Shown here in pieces: positions 61,807 to 64,000 of a stretch of DNA of 64,000 nucleotides. Origin of the DNA: Rebecca billardiae RCC1528 (lineage: Eukaryota; Protista; Haptophyta); the NCBI GenBank assembly GCA_965240325.2, contig OZ251222.1, forward strand, positions 992,001-1,056,000, written 5' to 3'. Under the pieces are notes generated by a model. It did not search any database. It saw only the letters and a list, made by a program, of their open reading frames with translations, and was not told the DNA's origin. Within the stretch, counting starts at the first letter, position 1. The number at the start of each line of letters is the position of its first letter. A program made the translations under genes and the position numbers.

Positions 61807-62058
61807 TTAATAGATCCGCGGACTAACGGGTTCACAGCGCAGGCCGGCCCGATGGCTGACGATCGGCGCGACGACCGCTGGAGTGAAGTACGTGCGCAGT
61901 ACTAGCAACAGCAGGTTCGTGAGACTGCATGACCCACCATTGGGATTTGGGCATGCTGGCATCATTGGACCGAATTGGCGGGGCTTCGGACGGTTCGGAC
62001 CGCGCCTCAGAGTCACCGATCGTCCCCTGACCTCTGCAGTCCTATGCTCCCTTGAGCG

Positions 62059-62553
62059 TCAGCCGTACATTCGATTAGCAAGCGATGGGTCGATGAGCTC
62101 GACGACGGCCTCCACTTCAACAGATGCGTCGAACGGGAGACCCGCGACGCTCACCGCGCTTCGCGCGTGCTGACCAACCTCGGCGCCAAAAGTTGCGACA
62201 ATCAGGTCAGTGTAGCCGTTTGCGACGGTTGGTGAGTCGGGGTAGCCAGTCTCGGCGTTCACAAAGACAGTGACCTTGTGCCAGCACCGAACGTTGTTGA
62301 GCCCGCCGCATCGCTCGCGCAGGAGTGCCAGGTGACCCAGCGCACACGTGCGGGCCGCAGCCGCGCCGGCCGCAGCATCCTTCACCTTCCCGACGATGAG
62401 CTCGTCAGTGGACGAGCGCGAAATGTACCCCGAGAGGAAGCACGTGTTACCGGCACAGCTGAAGGGGAGGTAGTGTCCCCCTGGCGGTGCCACGGGAGGC
62501 AGCTCCTCGCCGTTGGCGAGCGCCGCCTTGAGCAGATCGTCGGCCCCGGCCAT
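62059..62553 (-). CDS. Rid (YjgF/YER057c/UK114) family protein
   Basis: PGGHY..GNTCFLSG..ANG.TDL...FG..G.HARSAV.V..LP.DA.VEVEAVVE. Confidence 0.92.
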   Translation of the reverse strand: MAGADDLLKAALANGEELPPVAPPGGHYLPFSCAGNTCFLSGYISRSSTDELIVGKVKDAAAGAAAARTCALGHLALLRERCGGLNNVRCWHKVTVFVNAETGYPDSPTVANGYTDLIVATFGAEVGQHARSAVSVAGLPFDASVEVEAVVELIDPSLANRMYG

Positions 62554-62885
62554 CGTATCACTTCGCCGTCTGTGAAATCGGAAAGCTCGATCGACGATGA
62601 AAGTCCGGCTCCGCGGCCCTCGCTAGCTTGGCGCCTGGCGGCGGCGTGGTGCCGGCTCATGAACCAGCCAATAGGCAAGCCCTTGCCAATAGGTAAGTTT
62701 CCGTTGACGAATCTGATTAGATATAATACTGGCCCCTCGCGCAAACCGCGGGCACGCGTGCGGCGGCGGCGGCCGCGCGAGTCAGGAGCGCCTCGCGATC
62801 TTGACGACGACATCAACCAGTCCGACTCGGTCACGCTCGTACGGCTTGCCCGGCAACAGTACCACGCGTACGGCACATCGCGCAG

Positions 62886-64000
62886 ATGGCCCCGCCGAGC
62901 CTGAGCATGTCTGATGGGGACCTCCCGTCGTCCTACGCGGATGCCGTGACGCGAGTGTCCTCTAAACTCCCGTCCCACCCGGCAGCCCTGAGCTCGCCCG
63001 GCACGAGCCGGTCCCGGACCTCGCGCTACCTCGCGTGGGAGGCGAAGCTCGCCGAGGTGGGCGAGTCGGAGGACGACACCAACGCGGTGCAGCCCGTCGT
63101 GAGCGAGGGCGCGCCCTACTACGCCGCGTCGTGCGCGGCCCAGCCCCTGCACCCGTGGTTTCCCAAGGAGGGCTCACCGGCGCAGTTCGCCAAGGCGCGC
63201 GTCGCCGAGTACCAGCTCCTCGACTTCAACCCGCAGCTCAACACGTCGTCGTACGTGAACGTGGTGTTCGAGCCGGAGGAGATCGACGTGGCGAAGCTGG
63301 GCATGCAGGTCAACATCGCCGACCAGACCATCTACCCGGGCTCGTTCCGCCTGCACAACGACACGCTCAACATGGTGGCCGACCTGTGGCACTGCCCCAA
63401 GCCCGAGAGCTTCGAGGAGTTCGGGTGCTTCCCCGGCGCGGGGACGGTCGGATCCACCGAGGGCTGCCTCCTCGCCGGCCTCGCGCTCAAGTTCCGATGG
63501 CGCAAGTGGTACGCGGAGACGCACGGGCTGGACGAGCGCCAGGTGCGGCGCGAATACCCCAACATCATCATCTCGACGTGCTTCCAGGCGTGCTGGGAGA
63601 AGTTCTTCCGGTACATGGACGTGGAGCCCAAGTTCGTGCAGCCCGAGTCGACCACCTTCCGGATGAGCCCGGCGCAGGTGCGCGAGGCGTGCGACGAGCA
63701 CACCATCGGCGTCGTCTGCATCCTCGGCAACCACTACGGCGGGCAGTACGACCCGGTGGCCGAGGTGGGGCAGGCGCTGCAGGACCTGAACGACGCCAAC
63801 GGCTGGCAGATCGGCATCCACGTGGACGCGGCGTCTGGCGGGTTCGTCGCGCCGTTCCAGCGCGGCGTGCGCCCCTGGGACTTCCGCGTGCCCCAGGTGC
63901 TCTCGATCTCGGGCTCGGGGCACAAGTTTGGCGTCTCCGTCTGCGGCACGGGCTGGGTCGTTTGGCGCGATCGGGAGGACCTGTCGGACCACGTGGCTGT
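62886..64000 (+). CDS. GAD: Glutamate decarboxylase (PLP-dependent, group II), 3' end outside the window
   Basis: Manual translation: LLDFNPQLNTSSYV, GTVGSTEGCLLAGLALKFRWR, CWEKFFRY, IHVDAASGGFVAPF, SISGSGHKFG (PLP Lys at ~63924). Absent from the ORF track because it has no stop. Confidence 0.95.
   Translation, partial: MAPPSLSMSDGDLPSSYADAVTRVSSKLPSHPAALSSPGTSRSRTSRYLAWEAKLAEVGESEDDTNAVQPVVSEGAPYYAASCAAQPLHPWFPKEGSPAQFAKARVAEYQLLDFNPQLNTSSYVNVVFEPEEIDVAKLGMQVNIADQTIYPGSFRLHNDTLNMVADLWHCPKPESFEEFGCFPGAGTVGSTEGCLLAGLALKFRWRKWYAETHGLDERQVRREYPNIIISTCFQACWEKFFRYMDVEPKFVQPESTTFRMSPAQVREACDEHTIGVVCILGNHYGGQYDPVAEVGQALQDLNDANGWQIGIHVDAASGGFVAPFQRGVRPWDFRVPQVLSISGSGHKFGVSVCGTGWVVWRDREDLSDHVA

Noticed and set aside
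63174-63992. 272 aa minus-strand ORF
   Set aside because: Antisense shadow of GAD.

Overview
Eukaryotic nuclear DNA with high GC content, GT-AG introns and long microsatellites. Bipartite plastid-type presequences suggest an alga with a complex plastid, probably a haptophyte (inference). There are about 18 protein genes, and most sit in tight head-to-head pairs separated by microsatellite- or AT-rich spacers. Recognisable products include a SHIPPO-repeat protein, NAR1, an SDR, a UBL-CS protein, a HugZ/GluTR-binding-like protein, SFT2, a cyclin, an EF-hand protein, a GT61, a PRMT-like methyltransferase, Pex14-PUB, a Rid protein and glutamate decarboxylase. The largest gene is a ~17 kb, apparently intron-free gene for a polycystin/REJ-GPS receptor carrying four FG-GAP propellers on (S)PPP stalks. 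The ORF track misses several non-autonomous mobile elements that are visible from their ends. These are a 2.6 kb element with CACAGTG (RSS-heptamer) termini, a 7.65 kb TA-flanked element with asymmetric ends and dispersed solo ends, an A..B-A-B split-direct-repeat structure nested inside it, a 725 bp foldback, and a 1.9 kb TIR element inside a (TA)n tract. No intact transposase is recognisable. All family calls come from motifs read by eye, not from database searches.
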